A stretch of DNA of 63,996 bases, the filler included, from Octopus bimaculoides (Eukaryota): NCBI RefSeq assembly GCF_001194135.2. It is 5 parts of 4 records of this genome, joined end to end, with 100 filler letters (N's around TTAATTAATTAA, not from the genome) between each part and the next. Parts side by side here need not be neighbours in the genome. Positions count along the whole stretch, not along the records: positions 1 to 28,639 come from NC_068988.1; positions 28,740 to 46,572 come from NC_068988.1; 3 more parts are not named here. One strand, written 5' to 3'. Position numbers and translations under genes: made by a program. Positions 25,542-40,055 of this stretch are shown in pieces; positions within the stretch are counted from its first letter, which is position 1; the number at the start of each line of letters is the position of its first letter. The notes beneath the pieces are model-generated. The model was not told the DNA's origin. It searched no databases and saw only the letters and a list, made by a program, of their open reading frames with translations.

Positions 25542-26406
25542 TGTGACTATCTATTGCATAGCAATCATATCTATTTCAAAAGATCCCTGAAGTAACAAAA
25601 GTTCTGAGTGATATTGAGCTCAGAACTAGCAGGTTGTAGCAACAGTCTGATCTCTTTATATTTAGATTCATTTTGGTATAATTTCACAATGGATTGAAGA
25701 GAAATTACTGATGAAGAATAAAAACCATGAAAGATCAGTTGTTGATAAATTTTAAAATAAACAGAGGAGGAGATAAATAATGTGCAAAAACAACAGTAAA
25801 TAATTGAATTATTCTAGTGTTTAGAGTAAGTTCTGGCTGACTGATCAATTCCTACAAAGAGTATATCACTACATGCTAAAATATATTATATTTAGACATA
25901 CATACGCATACATAAATCTACAATTACATACACATATAATATACACAGACATATAATTACAAATACTCACACACATATATACAATTACATACACACAAAT
26001 ACTTACACACATATATATACAATTGCACATATAATACTTCATGCACACATATACGACTACATACACATATAAATGCACACAAGCATGCATGCACACACAC
26101 ACATGTGCAGGGATATAATAACAGAAATTTAATTGAAAGTCTTTCAAAACACAATTTGGAAAGCATCCACAAAAAACCCCACAAAATCCGGAAAACATAG
26201 ACGATTTTTCTTTCCGACATGCCATATCTTTATATCTATCTATTAATCTCTTTCAATGCATGGTTGTATAGTTAAGAAGTTTACTACCCAACCACATGGC
26301 TTCAATGAAAACCATTTTGGGCAAATGTCTTCTAATATAGCCCAAGGCAGGAAGACCAAAGCCTGGTGAATGGATCTTGTAGATGGAAAAATGAAAGAAG
26401 CCCATC

Positions 26407-26452
<46 letters not shown>

Positions 26453-27269
26453 TATGCATGGTTGGGTTGTTGGTGACTAAACTGACAACACCATCAAGTG
26501 GGCTTGGTGAGTAGGGTGGTGTTTGGACAACCCATGGGATGAAACCCAAGACCCATGAAAGGGCAGCTGAACTCAGGAGGGTCAACTGCATCCAGTTAAA
26601 ACCACTGTGAGCAAGGGAACCCTAGCTATTGTCACAGTATTCTTCTAGGAGACGAATACTCTCATGTAAAACCTAGTTTTACGTGATCACTGATTATCTC
26701 ACTTCAGCCTGTCACCAGTTACTAATCACAGAAACTCAAAGAGTGGTACTTGTGTGATACAAGAGTTTATCCATATGCTTTAGTACAGATGTCTCTAAAT
26801 AGTGCCCTCATTTGTTATGCCATCTACTGAAAGTCTAGTCGTATGGCAATGGAAAAGTGGCGATATGTAAAGACTTAAGCAGCTGTAAGAACACAATTAT
26901 AGAGATTGGCAGCATGATAGAGTAGTCATCTGAGAGTCATGGGTGGAAAGTTAATAATGCCATTGAGGAAGCAAAAAGTGGCGGCAATCAACTTTAAAGA
27001 TGGAGCAATCACCAAAATTTCCTTCAAAGTCATTGTCTGGAAAAAATACAATTTGAAAAACTGACCAACATGAACCATCTGGAAAGATGTTTTCATAAAA
27101 TTCATTTCAAAAGGGTTTCTGTCACTCTGTTTTACAAACAAAAAAATTTTTTTTACATCATTAATGATTTTTAAGAAAATCTTTATATATGTATGTATAC
27201 ACATACATACACAGTTTTGTGGTCTCTCAAATATCTGTCTAATACAATTTCAAAGTTTGAGATGATTTA

Positions 27270-27500
27270 CATTACAAAGTTGTACATGATTGCTCTTAAC
27301 TTCAGTATCAAATCGTGTGCAAAGATTTCTACTGGCATGAGGCTGTTCAGAAATTTAGTTGGATAATTTACAACTGATCACATGACTTGACTATGTCTAC
27401 TGATTTGTAGCATCTTATCTCTTTAGGTAGCATGTCCAGCAAACTTCTGCTGGTATCTTTTATATGACAGTTTTCCGAGCTAGGATTGTTTGTTCAAAGG
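27270..27500 (-). mobile_element. Decayed Helitron PIF1-helicase fragment
   Basis: LLDMLPKEIRCYKSVD...NYPTKFLNSLMP....HDLILKL resembles the PIF1 2B motif YPxEFLNSL..SG.P.H.L.LK.G. Stops and frameshifts present. Confidence 0.65.
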
Positions 27501-28126
27501 AACCAGTTGTGGGGTAAACTTGTCAGAGATGAATGTTAGATAAAACTCTAATAAGTAATTTCTGTTTTATGCCAGTGATATGGCCAAATGACTACTGAAA
27601 TTTCAGCAAGGAGTTCCTTACAACAAATATTATCCAGGGAAAGTAAGGGCCAATACAACTTGGTATTATTATTGCAATGGGAGTTGCTGTCAGGATGCAA
27701 AGAACTGGAACAAAGACTCTGACGTATGTCTTCTAATGCTTTAAAAGTTCTGCTAAACCACTGCTCTAGACTCTTCATTGATTCTAAGACACTGCTCAAC
27801 ACTCTTTATTGATCCCAGATTCTTACTCCAAATCAACAAAAACTGAAGTTAACCTCAGCAGGATTCGAACTCAGAGCACAAGCAACTGGAAGAAATACCA
27901 CAAGACACTGAATCCAATGGTCTAATGACTGTCAATTTTTTGCCTATATAAATGTATGTGTCATCATCATCATTTAATGTCTGCTTCCATGCTGGCATGG
28001 GTCAGACATTTTGATTGGAACTGGTAAGCAGCACCTGGTTCCCGTCTGATTTGGCATGGATGCCTTTCCTAATGCCAACCACACCAAGAGTGTAATCTAT
28101 AGATTTACATTTGTGTATTATCTGTG

Positions 28127-28196
<70 letters not shown>

Positions 28197-28272
28197 CATA
28201 TATATATAATATATTATATATATTATATATATTATATATATATATGATATATATATATACATATATATATAA

Positions 28273-28620
28273 TCTATATATATAAAAATGAGAATGTGTG
28301 TCTGTCTGTTTGTCTGTCTGTGTGTCTGTCTGTCTGTGTGTCTGTCTGTCTGTGTGTGTGTGTGAATCCCTAAAACTCGAGAACTACGCAACCAATTTCA
28401 TTCAAATTTTACAGATGCCTTACTTAGGGTTCCAGTTGTGTTTTAGTCAAAAACAGAGTTCGAGCCCACGGCAACATAATATCTCCTCCACTATTTAAGT
28501 ATTACGTGTCAAAAGTGAAACAAAAACACTCATGTCAAATACTTTCACTTTAAAAATGAAACTATTCCACTAACTGAAACAATCACATTTCGATACTGTA
28601 ATGACAGATACATTCAGAGA
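28273..28620 (+). mobile_element. Non-autonomous Helitron-like element, 5' portion
   Basis: TCTATATATATAAAAATGAG start, then (TGTC)n, then AAAACTCGAGAACTACGCAACCAATTTCATTCAAATTTT. This is the typical layout of Lep1/DINE-type elements. Near-identical copy at 50.86 kb. Confidence 0.65.
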
Positions 28621-28639
28621 GAGAGAAAGAGAGAGAGAG

Positions 28640-28739
28640 NNNNNNNNNNNNNNNNNNNNNNNNNNNNNNNNNNNNNNNNNNNNTTAATTAATTAANNNNN
28701 NNNNNNNNNNNNNNNNNNNNNNNNNNNNNNNNNNNNNNN
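28640..28739. other. Artificial 100-bp scaffold-join spacer (44 N + TTAATTAATTAA + 44 N)
   Basis: Identical construct at 46573-46672, 51033-51132 and 62890-62989. Confidence 0.9.
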
Positions 28740-29094
28740 ATAATATATATAGGCATATATACATACATATATGTACATGCTGACATATATATGTAAAGAA
28801 CATAAAGAACATAAAATACGAAGACAAACTTTTTTATGGGAACAACAAGAAAAACAAATGGAAAACAAGGCAAGTAATATAAAGAACGAACTTTCATCAG
28901 TTGTCGGCTGTTTATCTACTCCACATTTCGAGCAATTGACGACAATATGTGCCTTCGAGAAAAAATTTGCTCCCGCAAACCAAAATAAAATTTGGGATTT
29001 GTGGAGGGTCAAAGTTGGTAACAAAAACAGGCTTAGCAGCCCTCACTGTTTGTTTCAACGTCCTGATTTTGTTACCAACTCTAACCCTCCCCGG

Positions 29095-29259
29095 TGAGAA
29101 GTTTGCTGGCCAAACGCATGGTTCTGCTTTCAGTCCTGCTGCGTGTCAACTTGGCCAAGTATCTTCCATTATAGCCTCGGGTCAACTAAAGCCTTGTGAG
29201 TGCATTCAGTAGACAGAAACTGAGAGAAGCCCGCCGTGTATATATATATGTACATATGT

Positions 29260-29343
<84 letters not shown>

Positions 29344-29520
29344 TTGTGTCTGTCTTTTTCCACCACTAAACCGCTAGACGACCGCTGTTGGTTTTTTCCG
29401 TTCCTGTTACTTAGCAGTTGCACAAAAGGGACCAATAGAATGAGTAACAGGCTTAAAAGACCCTTCAAAGCGGTGTCCCAGCATGGCTGCAGTTTACTGA
29501 CTAAAGTAAGTAAAAGATAA
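29095..29520 (+). mobile_element. SINE family C
   Basis: Long internal (TG)n. Confidence 0.78.
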
Positions 29521-29917
29521 CAAATAAATGATATACATATATACATAAATACAACCATGGATGCATATAGGCATACGTATATATGTATATATGTTTCTGT
29601 ATATATACACAGATATACATACACATGTATGTGGGTGTACTTGTGCAAGCACGTTTTGCAAAATGATTGATGATGTTTTACATCGATTTCCGGTGCAACT
29701 AAATTATGCACGAAAGGCAAAATTGCTGCATTTTCTATTTTTCTTTAACAAATAGTAGGAAGAAAATCAAAAGAAACCAGTAAACTGTCAAAGACTTCAA
29801 CCGATTCTATCACTGTTATTTGAGGATAGAGAGAGCGGTTGTACTTAGCTCAACTCCGTTCTCGTAGATTTGCCTTTGCAATTGTTCCAACAAAACAATT
29901 GTAATTGGTATTTGTCG

Positions 29918-30090
29918 GAGGCAGGGAGCTGGTAGAATCGGTAACACGCCGGACAAAATGCTTTGCAGTATTTCGTCCGTATTTACGTTGTGAGTTCAAA
30001 TGCCACCGAAGTCGATTATGCTTTTCATCCTCTCGGGCTCGATAAATTTGGCACCAGTTGAGTACTGGGGTCAATGTAATCAACTAATCT
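29918..30090 (+). mobile_element. SINE family D
   Basis: Shared head and central core; CpGs retained. Confidence 0.72.
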
Positions 30091-30709
30091 CCTTGCTCTC
30101 AGATATCCGGATGTGTGTGTATAGTAAAGAGAAAGAATTAATATTTATTGGAAAATAAAACAGCAAAAAATAAACAAACAAAAAAAGAAACGCAAACAAA
30201 AAGAAACAAAAACAAAGCCGTGTTTATATGTAATCTCAAAGGTAAGAAGTTCCAAAAAGTACTGGTTAGTTAGCTCCAAATATTTGCAGCTCTTCAATAC
30301 CTCTACCATATATAACACAGAAGAGATGTCGTCTTTCTCAAGGACTAAGCAAGATGATATGCGCTGAAAGCATCCATTACCATTATTCCCCAAAACAGGC
30401 ACTTCCTGTATTGCCATGGGATAGAAATTGCCCAATTTGGGCGCTTATAATCAGCTATGCTGAAGTTTAAAGTTTTGAAAACTGGTAAAGCATTACGATG
30501 TGTCATTGCTCGTTGAATGAGATTGGGACATGATAAGGAAAACCGCAATTAACTTTACAGAACAAATCGTGAACATTCCTCCCTTTCATGGGATTACCGT
30601 CCTGATAAAAGACCGACTGATACACACCATTGCTTCAAATGAACTTCGCCGAACCAAAACAAATGTCATCATTGTAAATTATGTTTCCCAAAGATGCAAT
30701 GTATAATGT

Positions 30710-31099
30710 TGTTGTTGTTATTGGCACTCCGTCGCTGACGACGACAAGGGTTCCAGTTGATCCGATCAATGGAACAGCCTGCTCGTGAAATTAACGCGCA
30801 AGTGGCTGAGCTCTCCACACACACGTGTACCCTTAACGTAGTTCTCGGAGATGTTCAGCGTGACACAGAGTGACAGGGTTGGTCCTTATAATTACAGGCA
30901 CAACAGAAACAAGAAGTAAGAGTGAGAGGAAGTTGTGGTGAAAGAGTACAGCAGGGTTCGCCACCATCCCCTGCCGGAGCCTCGTGAAACTTTAGGCGTT
31001 TTCGCTCAATAAACACTCACAACGCCGGTCTGGGAATCGAAACCGCGATCCTATGACCGCGAGTCCGTTGCCCTAACCACTGGGCCATTGCGCCTCCAC
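30710..31099 (-). mobile_element. SINE family A, full length
   Basis: Homologous to the other copies; most CpGs are intact. Confidence 0.9.
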
Positions 31100-34000
31100 A
31101 GTATATAATGTATACATCAGGATTTGAAGGTGAAGGGCTCACCGAATGACTTTCATTTCATTCATCTGTCCTAACAAATACTGAACCAGAAAATGCTCTC
31201 TCTTAATATCCTACCAGACTCATGAATATCCTTATTTGGTCATAGTGGAAAGGCGATGAGCTCACAAATTTGTAGGTGCTTATAGTGCTATTGATATTTG
31301 AGAATCTACTGTGAAAGAATACTTCGACGCAAGTATAGGAAAAACAGATGTGTAAAAGAATGAGAAAAAGATTTGCAGGAAAAGTCAGACGCAGATATAA
31401 TTTCTTTATTGTCAATACGAATGGGAAGGCTTGCTTGAGATCATTAGTCGACCATAAGCATTATGCTTCAAATTAAAGAGTATCTCGAATGGTGTGTTCA
31501 AAATATTTTATAGTAACTTCAACATGAAAGCAAGAATTTGATCGCAAGAAATACGTTAACTTTCGAATATACAAGCAATGGCGAAGAAGGAATAGCTCAC
31601 GTTGCGGTTTCAAGTTTTTGAAATTATTTGTCAGACGCACTGAAAATGCTTCTTTATAATTTTAAAGACAAGCAATAGACTCTCTGGTCATTGAGGCACA
31701 GAGTAAATTCCTGTCAATAAGACCCCGAACTGGTGGAAATTTTGATCGAAATGATTATCATCGTTATATCTTTGTAAACAAGCAATCAAGCGTTAACAAG
31801 AGACTTGTTAATGCACAATAGCAATACGAGAGTATAGTGTAGACAATATGTGTAAGAGTTTGACACTAAGCTGGCTATACTTCTTTCGATTCTTTGAGAT
31901 GTTGAGGTCTTAGAAAATTCCCGAGTCAGAATCACTGGAGAAAGAATAATGTCTTCTCTCTCGTAATCCGTGACGGTAGTCAATTTCAGGAAGACTGGAA
32001 AATGATTTTTGTTGGTGTTGAAGTGTGTTTTGCAGGTAATGCGCTTAGCGAGTCGCTAGTAGGAAATGAGCAACTGGGAAACAGATCTCTTGCTGCTCTT
32101 TCTTGCATTAAAGTTGACCATATGCTTCAAGGGCGAAACATTATTATGTGACCTCGCATTTGACCCGATTCAATTACGATTATTGATATCAAGTAAATCG
32201 ATTTTGAACATAAATTCGGATATTTGATTTTTAACCTCTTAATCGACAATTCACTTCTGTACCACAACGGCAAGTAATTTATATAAATAATAATTTTTCC
32301 TATGTACATATGAACTATAAAGGTTTTAGAATAGAGGAAATAAGAATGAGATAGTCTTCATGCCGTTCTCTAAAACACTTGTGTTGTCAATAGAAGGCAA
32401 TTTCAAATGGTTTTCTAAAATGGTAACTTTAGTGAAGTGAATTGATGAAATGCAAATTGCACTACGCTTTGTAGTTTTTACTCTTGTTGCATAGCCCAAG
32501 TTCAGCCCGATCAAATAGACATAATGATCAAAGGCCTTCCAGCCATGACCATCCTGTATGCATCCAGAACCACGTAAAGCAACGTAACCTTTTCTAAGAT
32601 GTTGGAGATGTGACTTAAGGGAGAATTGGTTGCTACTTCTCTTATGTCATATGACTACGTAGAACCGTCCTCCTTTTAATGCTATTCTTTACAGTGTAAG
32701 GTTACTATAAAATATAATAATAAATCAAAACTGATTTCTATTAAAATCTCTTTAGTATTGGTCTATTATATAGGCTGCAAATGGCAATAAATATCTGTGG
32801 GAATAGAAGCTATTACTATGACTGGTACTTTATTTTATTTACCCTGGAGTGCTGGAAGGTGAATATGTCTCTGTATTGTTTTAATTCAGTAGAACTAAAT
32901 TTAATGTTATTCAATGCCAAACTATTTCCAGAAGTATGAATAATTTTAAACATCATTAATTAGCAGATAATTAGATTAGATATCAAGATTATATTTGAAT
33001 ATTATAGGAAGAAAACTTACAATGGACTTGAATTATATTAACGACAAGTATTCAAGGCTGTGTCTTTTTGAATGCTTTCACTATTATTAGACAAGAGATA
33101 TATTTAGAATCAAAGAATTATTGATGTTACTAGATTTCTCTCTCGTCAGCAGAGCGTTTAAAGAAATGGCTCTATTTATGGTTGGCGTAAAAGAATAAGA
33201 ATGATGTTCGTATTTTTATACAGGTTTTTGTAAAGGAAATTTCTCAGATCTTTTATGTTTCGACGATGTATATGAAGATACTGCCGAGTATCGCAGAAAC
33301 TGTGGAATAACGAGCTAAAAGTTTGCAGAAATGGTAAAACATGTTAAATGCATAATATTGCTTAATTTTATTCTTCTTACGTTCGAAAACCTATGGCAAT
33401 TCTGTTTCCCTTTCCGATTAATTTAACCGACTATAACCATAACCATTCACAACGAACATTAATCCTGTGCTTCATTATAAGAAATTATGGTGTATGGGAC
33501 GTGAACATGAAAACAGATATTACCTTAGACTTAACGCCTATTTCCATATCACAATCGGTGGAAGTGATAGATAATCTCCGCTGATATTTTTAAAAGCTGA
33601 ATACTTTGTATGTAAAATATATTTTTTCAAAAAATAAAGTAAGAATCGCACAAGTGTTTTACTGAAAATAAGGAATTTAGAATTTATTGTGAATCGAAAC
33701 CTTCTTTCTAACACTTCCTGTTTCCTGAGTGTCAAGTATTACGTAAATCCATTGATTGTTTGAAAGATAAGGGGGTGTTCTGAGAGAAAAAATAAGCCAT
33801 CTGCCAATAACGATAAAAATGTGTTTTTCTGACTTCAGCTGATATTATTACACTTCATAGAGATCAGCAATATCTTTAGGTGTTGTCGTTGTAGATCTTT
33901 ATATCCTTAGACAAAAGAAATCAATACAATACACGTGTTAAACTCTCATAGATTGACATAAAACGATGGTTCATTGTAGTTTTTGTGGTTTTTGACAGGT

Positions 34001-36999
34001 TGCTGTTGTTTAGTCCAAATCGGCATTGATCAATTAGACATCCCAGATGTCGCTATCTGATTTATTTTTCAGGATTAATATATCCAGAACTTTATTATCC
34101 AATATACTTTAGTTTAAGGACGGTAGGATGTAATTTGAAGGAAATTCGGTTGCTATTATGTAACGGTTCCCTCGATGGCTCACGTGTTCCATACCAGGTA
34201 AACAAAAAGAGTGTAAATACCATAGTGGATGTACAATCTCATAGTCAGTTGAACCTATGGTGGAGGGACCGTCAGTGAGTCCCATAGTGGAGGTATAGTC
34301 TCTTAACCGTATGAGTTTGCAACACAAGTTTAGGTGCTGTTCTAACTATTGTTTACATAAAATAATGAAAATGAGAAAATCTCAGTGATTGGCATGGGGT
34401 CTGCTATCTGATTTGTTCTGGATTCATAACATGAGAAAAAGAAGTCTTTAGTGTTCCAGTCCTCTACGCTCTGAGTTCAAATCGCTCCGAAGTCAACTTT
34501 ACTCTTCATGCGTTCCTGCTCAATAAAATGAAATATCATTCCAGAACAAGGAACAGGTGAAACTATTTCGGTTCGAGCGAGATACCTTGTGGTATCTGTT
34601 TCAACTCTGTGTGTTCTGCATTTTTAAGTGTCAGACTTACACCAATTACTCGGTTTAAAGCTACCACCTGGTCCTTGGGTCTCTGTAGAAAAGTTCACTT
34701 TGTTCTAAGCAATCGCACCAGATCTCTGATTTATGTATAACTCCTAACGGAAGCCACGAAAATCCAAAGGTTGTATTTTAAAGGAATAGGATTCTAATCT
34801 ACCTTCGCTAACTAAATGGTGAAAAAATTATTAGAATTTTGAAGGATTTAGAGCAAAAAGAGTGATATTAAATATCTTGTCAAAAGACAACACATACTTT
34901 TACTCGCTGAAAGCATACAATGGCTCCCAGGCAATTCGATTTTATTTCTATCGACTGTTGTACTCTGTACAGTGTATTCGCAATATATATTAAAAGTGAA
35001 CTTTGATATGTTCATGAATCATCTCATACAGGTATTAACTTGTCAGTAGTTTGTATTTTAATTCTTGAAGAGATACGACCTCATTTACTGTATGTAGGAT
35101 GAAAAAGGCAGAAAAGAAATCAGTATTAAAATTTTTGTTTTTAACTTTAGTTCTAAAGTTTCAATTCATTAAGAAATCGTTATCATTTCATTTTAACACA
35201 AACTCCGTCACAACTCACCAATCAAAAAAATTAATAACTATTTAAATTGGAAGCTAATGAAACGAAAGACTTAACCAGTTGAAATAAGTATAACGCGGCA
35301 ATTATGTAAAAGAATATATAAGTTGGCAATAAGAAAATCATTAAAAATAGATTTATACCCAGGAGGCATTTCTGATGGAAATTTCGATATAATTTACCAA
35401 AAATTCTCCAAAGTAACAAGAAATAAAAATAAATAAATGCTTGAGATATATGGATATAATTTAAAATAGTGATATAGGAGATGAGAAGTCAAAGAATATA
35501 TGAGCTGATAAATTATTGAAATAATGTAGATACATTCATAAATATTATAGATTTTTACCGATACGAAAAGAGAGTTCGAAGATTCACGAAAGGGAAACAA
35601 AATAAAAATACTAATAACAAATAAGCAACTAAAAATTCTAAAATAGCAAAGAAATGACTTCAGGGAGGTGGCGGAGGAGGGGAAAGTTGAAGAAGAAAAA
35701 GAACAACAATAATGAGAGTAAGAATAAGAAAGAGAAGAGAACAGGCAAAATTAAGAAGAAGTAAAAAAAAAGGAAATCAGGTCGTTGCATGCAATCAAGA
35801 TAAAAGATTTTTTCCTTCCTGAAATACCGCTGAGAACTTTATTTAGTACGTTTCCATTGAATCAATATAGCTAAATTGTCTTTTATAAATTATTTCTTTA
35901 GTTTAGATCTTAATCGAAAGTAAAATGAGTATAAAGTTGACATAATTTTATTTGGAGATTCTTAATTAAATTTATCAACCATGTTGCTGTTGGTGATAAC
36001 AGTGCTAATATCTGTAAAACTGTGATATGCGTTATACTGTAATATCGGTAAATATGGTAATAACTAATTTATAACACCGATACTATGCAATAATTCACCT
36101 CAAGATGGATGTTACTGAAAATTATAGCATTTTCTAAGAAGAAATGACCACTAGCATTAGATATGGAACTGAAAGCTGATTCTTATGAGATTAAAAGCAT
36201 AATTTTTAAAAAAATTAAATGCTTCAGTAGTTGTTTAGTGTAGCTTATAATTTTGATCCCGTTCACCAGAAGTTGATGTAAGATAGAAGTAAGGTGAGGA
36301 GCATCAAAGTAAGACGCCGTATTTAATTAAAATGAAGTTATATGTGGTAAAAAAAACAACAACAAAGGGTTTGATGGATGCAATAAGACAGATAAATGGT
36401 GATTGTGCTGTCGTTTCTGGGTCAATAAAAAGCAAGTAGTCGATGCATTTCAAAATATATTCAAACGCAGGTTTAACCATCTAGTGAAGAAGTTTGCTTT
36501 ACAACCATGAAGTGAAGAATTTTGCTTCACAACCCTGTAGATCCATTTGGATCTCACTGTGGAGTAGATTGGAAAAAATGTCAACTATTACTATTGCAGT
36601 TTCGGTTCGAGTTAGAACTAGTAAAAGGATTCTGGTATCTGTGAAGCAGACTCTGTCTGTCTATATATCTCCCTCTCTCTGTGTCAGTCTCTCGATACAC
36701 AGACATATGTTCATACATGCTGCGGTGTGCATAAATATTAATTATTTAAACTTCACCCCTGAGAAGCATATAGTGTGCAGATTAGCCTAGTTGTTACAAC
36801 CACTTTCAAGTTTGTGTTTGCTTTAAATAGCTACCTACAGTAAGTTTTATTTGTAGGTAGAAAGTGGGACCGGTGTGCAACAATGCCTTCAAGAGGAAGG
36901 TCCCGAAATGGTTCGCATTCCCTCTTAATGAAACCATAAACTTACATCTGGTATGTAAAGCTTTCAACTGGTAGCACATGCATCTGCAAATTGTTTGCA

Positions 37000-37053
<54 letters not shown>

Positions 37054-37369
37054 GCAAAGGCTATAGACAAGCACACAAACACACGCACACACATACAGTG
37101 ATGATGCATAATCTAGTGGTTAGAGTGTTGGGCTCGCCATCGAAATGTTGTGGGTACAATTTCCGGACTGGGTGTCACTCCATTTTACGTTGTTCCAGTT
37201 TATTCTACTGTAATTAGTAGTAGTTGTGCTGCATTAATGATAAGGGGGTTGAGAGAGCGTCTGTGTCTACACAGACTTTGAAAACAATTTGCGAAATCAT
37301 GGTATGTGTTTGCATACATAAATGAATTCCAACTGAGTTTTCTTCTATCAAATCTTACAATTAATTAAG

Positions 37370-37690
37370 GGAAGGCGCGTGGCTTAGTGGTTATGGTGTT
37401 CGGCTCACGATTGTAAGGTCATGAGTTCAATCCCCGGCGGTGAGTTGTGTCCTTGAGCAAGAAATTTAATTTCTCGTTGCTACAGTCCACTCAAGTGCCA
37501 AAAATGAGTTGTACCTGTAATTCAAAGAGCCAATCTTGTGAAATTCTGTGTCACGATAATTCTCCTTGAGAACTACGTTAAGGGTACACATGTCTGTGGA
37601 GTGCTCAGCCACATACGAGTTAATTCCACGAGGAGGCTGTTCGATTGGTAGAATCAACTTGAACACTGGTCGTCGTAACCGACGAAAAGA
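37370..37690 (+). mobile_element. SINE family A-related, diverged
   Basis: tRNA-like head GGCTTAGTGGTTA...GAGTTCAATCCCC and shared GAACTACGTTAAGGGTACAC core. Confidence 0.7.
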
Positions 37691-38995
37691 CAGGCCAAGG
37701 TATTAGCCAAAGATAGGAGACGTTTGTTCAAAGTGCTGCACAGTGTGATCGAAACCGGAACCATGCGATTGAGAATCCTACTTAAAAGAATACTAAATAA
37801 GAGGTCAGTAAAAGAGGAGCAGAGTCAACATCAAATTGTCACCTAACGATATTATTGATTCCAAAGTGAAGTGATTGTCACAAAGCATGTAATGACATTG
37901 CCAATAGTGGTTCATATGGTTTATCTGTCAAAGTACATGGAAATTGTTTTAACGGAGCACTCAACTTTAATTATAGAAATAACAATAGCAGCAATATCTC
38001 AAACAAAAAAAGTAAAAAAATTAACAAAGTAATTAAGAAATAATGACAAAGTCAACCAGAAAATAACTTGACTTAAAATCTAAAATTGCTTAAACTCAAC
38101 TTTCATTTGTGTGTGTATAAATCAGAGAAACTATGTTATGTTAAAGACAAATGAAAAGCTTTTTATTTTTCTTACAGCTTCTAAATGTAACACGAGAATC
38201 TATCCATTTGTGGAGAGAAAACAAATTTAATGAAAACTCAAAAACAAACACACAAAAAAGATCAATTTAATGGATTTCAAGTTTTCTTCTGACTAAATAA
38301 AGTTGTTGAACAATCCTAGAGTTTTCGTTGTCAAATAAACATTTTAGCATCTCAGATTTTCAAAATAATTCCACAAATATCAATAAATTTAAAGAATTCA
38401 GATAGCTTGATATTTTGCGATATGAACGAAATTGTTTCGCATATTAAATTAATATCAATGTTCAGGAACCTCTGCATGGCCGATCGACATGCTAGGAAAG
38501 GCAGTGAAATTTTTCTCAAATCGTGCCGCAACGTCTTAAAAATGAAGACCACATAAGACTATACAGTTGTAAAAAGACTGGACTGTCTTGGCTGCAATGT
38601 TTTTGGTTGTAAGTCGAGAATGAATAGAATTGACCTGAGATTAAACAACATGTGAAAGAACCAGCGTGGTTGTTCTATCTGCTAGGTATAACAGCCAAAC
38701 TAAATCTGTATTAAACAGATAAGAAACGGATTGCTATGGTCTGAGAAAAATTTAATAAAAAACAGGATGGTCACCACTTGATTGTTCTTGGTCATAGGTT
38801 GGTTTAATCAGGTCTGATGTGGAGTTAAATAAAAACAATAACCATCATCCACAGATTGTTCTCTTTCTTTTCTAAACTGACATTTTGTTTTGTTTAAAAT
38901 TATGTAAAATATTTTATTCAGTCTAAACAAAATATCTTCTCGGTGTTGCTATTGTTCTTGTTGCCATGATTATGCCTTCTATAAGCTTCACTCAT

Positions 38996-39318
38996 TCGAT
39001 TCCCAGACCAGGCGTTGTGAGTGTTTATTGAGCGAAAACACCTAAAAGCTCCACGAGGCTCCGGCAGGGGATGGTGGCGAACCCTGCTGTACTCTTTCAC
39101 CACAACTTTCTCTCACTCTTACTTCCTGTTTCTGTTGTGCCTGTAACTCAAAGGGTCAGCCTTGTCACACTGTGTCACGCTGAATATCCCCGAGAACTAC
39201 GTTCAGGGTACACGTGTCTGTGGAGTGCTCAGCCACTTGCACGTTAATTTCACGAGCAGGCTGTTCCGTTGATCGGATCAACTGGAACCCTCGACGTCGT
39301 AAGCGACGGAGTGCCCAC
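38996..39318 (+). mobile_element. SINE family A, 5'-truncated
   Basis: Near-identical to 10950-11270. Confidence 0.88.
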
Positions 39319-39667
39319 AGCAAAGCTTGACTCATCAAACCTAAAAACAAAGTATTCCATCCCACATATCTTTACGTATTTCATACTTGTATCTAGGACA
39401 ACGTTTTCAAAAGCGTACTTGCGAGATTTTTCAAAACGACAGTTTCTATCTTTCAAATTCAACTCATAAGGCATTGACCGACCCGAGGCTACAGTAAAAG
39501 ACATTAAGACATTTAGAACTAGTTTGTTTCAAAAAGAAATTCGTAACTATGCATACAACCACAACTGTGCTAACGGCTAATAATCTTATCTCTTTAACAG
39601 ACCTACAGCGATTTGGTTTGCTTAAGAATAATTTCAGAATGCCCTAAATATCTTACTGGTCAAATAT

Positions 39668-40055
39668 AGGCGCAGACGTGGCAGTGTGGTAAGAACATTG
39701 CTTAGCAACCACATTGCGTGGCAACTTGAGAAAGTATCTTCTACTATAGCTTCAGGCCGACCAAAGCCTTGTGAGTGGATTTAGTAGACGGAAACCGAAA
39801 GAAGCCCGTCGTTTATATGTGTATATATATCTATGTATGTGTGTCTTTGTGTCACTGTTGGTCCCCCTCCACTGATTGGCAACCAGTGTTGGTGTGTTTA
39901 CGTCTCCATAACCTGGCGGTTCAGAAAAAGTAACCGATAGAATAAGTACTAGGATTAAAAAGTAAGTACTGGGATCGATTCATTCGACTAAAAATTCAGG
40001 GAGGGGCTCCAGTATGGTCGCTGTCTAATGTCTGAAACAAGTAAAAAATAAAAGA
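39668..40055 (+). mobile_element. SINE family C
   Basis: Head, AAGCCCGTCG, and 3' core all recognisable. Confidence 0.8.

Noticed and set aside
28684-28695. Isolated TTAATTAATTAA islands as a biological motif (also 46617, 51077, 62934)
   Set aside because: Always centred in exactly 44+44 Ns, so an assembly spacer.
28880-28960. CTGATGA and GCTCGAAA strings on the minus strand as another hammerhead
   Set aside because: Could not build consistent stems I-III.
31786-31983. ORF ending in a hydrophobic stretch (possible receptor fragment)
   Set aside because: No recognisable motif, flanked by stops, no splice support. The same holds for the ORFs at 30145-30548 and 33393-33584.
39250-39504. 84-aa minus-strand ORF with protein-like composition
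   Set aside because: Its last third is SINE sequence; no family recognised and no convincing splice sites.
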